Shown here piece by piece: positions 21,879 to 24,748 of a stretch of DNA of 24,748 bases. The notes beneath the pieces are model-generated. The model saw nothing but the letters and a program-made list of their open reading frames with translations, had not been told where the DNA came from and ran no database searches. A program made the position numbers and the translations under genes. This DNA is from a virus (taxonomy: Duplodnaviria > Caudoviricetes): positions 1 through 24,748 of IMG/VR virus record IMGVR_UViG_3300020397_000103. The stretch is one strand, 5' to 3'. The stretch's first letter is position 1. Each line of letters starts with the position of its first letter.

Positions 21879-23999
21879 ATGGCTGAATATACAGAAGAAA
21901 ATGCAATGGATGCTGAACAATCAGCTGCAATAGAGGATGTAGACTATGATGGTTTAGTTGATAAACCTGCAGGTCAGATAGAAAGATTTGTAAAAGAAAA
22001 ATTTAATAAAGCAGAAACAGCAAGAAGATCTGATGAAGAACGCTGGATTCAAGCTTATAGAAACTACAGAGGTATTTATGGTCCTGATGTTCAATTTACT
22101 TCTACAGAAAAATCTAAAGTATTTGTAAAAGTTACTAAAACTAAAGTTCTTGCAGCTTATGGTCAGTTAGTTGAAGTTCTTTTTGGAAGTAACAGATTTC
22201 CATTAGGTATTAATCCTACAACTCTTCCTGAGGGTGTAGAAGATACAATTAGTTTTGAAACAAATCCACAACTTAAAGAAGCTCTTGGTGAACAAAAAAG
22301 TGAAGAAGATGAAAAACAACTTCTTCCCGGGGAAACTATGCCAGAGTTTAATGAACGTGTAGGACCTTTAAGTGATGACCTAAAACCTATAGAAGAAGAT
22401 GTAGAATTTAAACCGGGAAAAGGTCCCTCTTCTATACAATTTCATCCTGCAATGGTTGCAGCTAAAAAGATGGAAAAGAAAATCCATGATCAATTAGAAG
22501 AGTCTAATGCAAAGAAACAACTAAGATCTGCTGCATTTGAAGCTGCACTATTCGGTACTGGTATTATGAAAGGACCTTTTGCAGTTGATAAAGAATATCC
22601 TAATTGGAATGAAGATGGTGAATATGAACCAGTATTTAAAACTGTTCCACAAACTTCTAATGTTTCTATATGGAATTTTTATCCTGATCCAGATGCAAAC
22701 AATATGGATGAAGCAGAGTATGTTATAGAAAGACACAAAATGTCACGTTCTCAATTACGTGCTTTAAAACGTAGACCTTTTTTTAGAGAGAATGCTATTG
22801 ATAAGTGTTTAGACTTAGGAGAAAATTACAATAAAGAATGGTGGGAACATGCAATGAATGAGGATAGTGAAGAAGACTATACTCAAAGATTTGAAGTTCT
22901 AGAGTTTTGGGGTTTTGTAGACAGAGAAATAATAGAACAATATGATGTCGATATTCCTAAAGATTTAAGAAAAGTAGAACAAGTTAGTGTAAATGCTTGG
23001 ATTTGTGGTGGATGTGTATTACGTTTAGTAATGAATCCATTTACACCTGCATACTTACCTTACTATGCTACACCTTATGAAATGAATCCATATAATATAT
23101 TTGGTGTTGGTATTGCAGAAAATATGGATGATACTCAAACATTAATGAATGGTTTTATGAGAATGGCAGTTGATAATGCTGCACTATCAGGAAACTTATT
23201 AATAGAAGTAGATGAAACCAACTTAGTTCCCGGACAAGATCTTAGTGTGTATCCCGGAAAAGTCTTTCGCAGACAAGGCGGCGCACCCGGTCAAGGTATT
23301 TTTGGAACAAAATTTCCCAACGTGTCTAACGAAAATATGCAGATGTTTGATAAAGCTAGAGTTCTTGCAGATGAAAGTACTGGCTTTCCCTCATTTGCTC
23401 ATGGTCAAACAGGTATACAAGGTGTAGGTAGAACTGCATCTGGTATATCTATGTTGATGAATGCTGCTAATGGTTCTATTCGTAATGTTATTAAGAATGT
23501 AGATGATTATCTACTAGGACCTTTAGGCAAAGCATTTTTTAGTTTTAACATGCAGTTTGACTTTGATCCAGAAATTAAAGGTGATCTTGAAGTTAAAGCT
23601 CAAGGTACAGAAAGTTTGATGGCTAATGAAGTCAGAAGTCAAAGACTTATGCAGTTTATGCAAACAGTATCTAATCCTGCTCTTGCTCCTTTTGCTAGAA
23701 TGGATTACATTGTTAGAGAGATTGCAAAGAGTATGGATCTTGATCCTGATAAAGTAGCTAACTCTATGAGTCAAGCTGCTGTACAAGCAGAGATACTCAA
23801 GAAGTTTCAAGAACAAAATCCACCTCCACCACCAGTAGCACCACAAGGTATACCACCTCAAGCTCAAGGACAGCCTCCTGCACCCGCAGGTGTACAAGTA
23901 GAAGATACACAAGGATCTGGTGGAGCTACTATAGGAACAGGATCAGTACCTACTCCGGGAGAACAAGGTTTTACAGGTGATCAAGGAACTATACAATAA
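21879..23999 (+). CDS. portal (head-tail connector) protein
   Basis: 706 aa after TerL; GTGIMKGP, FYPDP, FGVGIAE, RTASGISML, Pro/Gln-rich tail. Confidence 0.9.
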   Translation: MAEYTEENAMDAEQSAAIEDVDYDGLVDKPAGQIERFVKEKFNKAETARRSDEERWIQAYRNYRGIYGPDVQFTSTEKSKVFVKVTKTKVLAAYGQLVEVLFGSNRFPLGINPTTLPEGVEDTISFETNPQLKEALGEQKSEEDEKQLLPGETMPEFNERVGPLSDDLKPIEEDVEFKPGKGPSSIQFHPAMVAAKKMEKKIHDQLEESNAKKQLRSAAFEAALFGTGIMKGPFAVDKEYPNWNEDGEYEPVFKTVPQTSNVSIWNFYPDPDANNMDEAEYVIERHKMSRSQLRALKRRPFFRENAIDKCLDLGENYNKEWWEHAMNEDSEEDYTQRFEVLEFWGFVDREIIEQYDVDIPKDLRKVEQVSVNAWICGGCVLRLVMNPFTPAYLPYYATPYEMNPYNIFGVGIAENMDDTQTLMNGFMRMAVDNAALSGNLLIEVDETNLVPGQDLSVYPGKVFRRQGGAPGQGIFGTKFPNVSNENMQMFDKARVLADESTGFPSFAHGQTGIQGVGRTASGISMLMNAANGSIRNVIKNVDDYLLGPLGKAFFSFNMQFDFDPEIKGDLEVKAQGTESLMANEVRSQRLMQFMQTVSNPALAPFARMDYIVREIAKSMDLDPDKVANSMSQAAVQAEILKKFQEQNPPPPPVAPQGIPPQAQGQPPAPAGVQVEDTQGSGGATIGTGSVPTPGEQGFTGDQGTIQ

Positions 24000-24205
24000 T
24001 GATGAAATTAAAAAAATTTACTAATGATAAAGAGCTATGGGATTCATTTGTAGAATACATAGATGATGCTATAGTAAAACAACATAAAACTTTAGAACAA
24101 ACAGTTGAGATGCCTATGATATATAAATTGCAGGGATCTATTGCTTGTTTACGTAGAATGAAATATCTTAGAGATGAGCTAAATACAATGAGGACTGATG
24201 CCTGA
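23999..24205 (+). CDS. conserved small protein following the portal
   Basis: IYKLQGSI..LRR...LRD pattern; TAATG coupling. Confidence 0.75.
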   Translation: MMKLKKFTNDKELWDSFVEYIDDAIVKQHKTLEQTVEMPMIYKLQGSIACLRRMKYLRDELNTMRTDA

Positions 24206-24748
24206 TCCATTTATAAAAAAGCAAGCTAAAGAAAATAAACAAGCAAAAGCTGCTGAAAGTTTTAGAGCTAAAGAAGCTCAAAGCTTAACTAAGTCTATTG
24301 GAACTATTGATACAATATCAAAACCAACAGTTAAACCTTTAGTTCAACCAAGAGAAAAAGATGATGAAGTTAAGACTACTAGTTATGAACCTTATACAAA
24401 TAAAGATGTTTATAAGTTACCATCTAATGTAGTAAAAATAAGTAGTTTGGAGAGAAGACCTGTAATACCTAAAGGACCCGATTACAGTGAGGAAAAATTT
24501 AAAAAAACTCTTCCAAAAAATCCTTATCAAAGTTATGATCCATTTTACATACCAAATAAATTTAAAGGTGCGAGTTATGCAGAAATACTTGCTGATAATA
24601 TTATAGGATTAGATAATGGATATGAGACAGTTGTAGAAAAATTAGCAAAAGAGTTTAACAAAGACGAAATAAAATTTTTAAAAAATATGGCTGTAGGTGT
24701 TTATGAGGGAACTTTAGAATTTATATCTGACCCATTAGGATCTATATC
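24198..24748 (+). CDS. N-terminal part of a large protein, truncated by the window end
   Basis: ATG 24198 after GAGG; MPDPFIKKQAKENK... open to the end of the window. Confidence 0.7.
   Translation, partial: MPDPFIKKQAKENKQAKAAESFRAKEAQSLTKSIGTIDTISKPTVKPLVQPREKDDEVKTTSYEPYTNKDVYKLPSNVVKISSLERRPVIPKGPDYSEEKFKKTLPKNPYQSYDPFYIPNKFKGASYAEILADNIIGLDNGYETVVEKLAKEFNKDEIKFLKNMAVGVYEGTLEFISDPLGSI

Noticed and set aside
23815-23900. CCA/CCT-rich repeat
   Set aside because: It simply encodes the Pro/Gln-rich disordered portal tail.
17489-24210. ORFs 17489(+), 23245(+) and minus-strand ORFs 19251, 20217, 21467, 21715, 22548, 23523, 23989
   Set aside because: They overlap confident late genes in other frames or strands and show no supporting features.

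Overview
The window is an AT-rich segment of a dsDNA tailed phage, most like marine Cobavirus/roseophage-type podoviruses (inferred from gene content). A complete minus-strand early/replication arm (about 14.7 kb down to 484) carries a GP88-like protein, C5 DNA methyltransferase, DoxX, tyrosine integrase, T5orf172 nuclease, primase-helicase, PolA, SSB, Cas4-like exonuclease, endonuclease, MazG, class II RNR, DUF3310 and a SleB-like hydrolase. A roughly 1.1-kb non-coding divergent control/terminus region follows. The plus-strand late arm carries small basic proteins, holins, an M15 endolysin, TerS, TerL and the portal. The most notable features not explained by the ORF track are: (1) a densely structured, promoter-driven ~200-nt candidate ncRNA at 14802-15010 (-); (2) an unannotated ArfA-like small ORF containing a 13-bp perfect stem; (3) two palindrome arrays sharing shuffled motifs, one upstream of the integrase and one upstream of the late operon; (4) strong CCWGG avoidance, with all 12 Pro-Gly codon pairs found written CCS-GG; (5) an integrase with no visible repressor next to a Tyr762-type polymerase. 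Family assignments come from motif recognition by eye; no searches were run.
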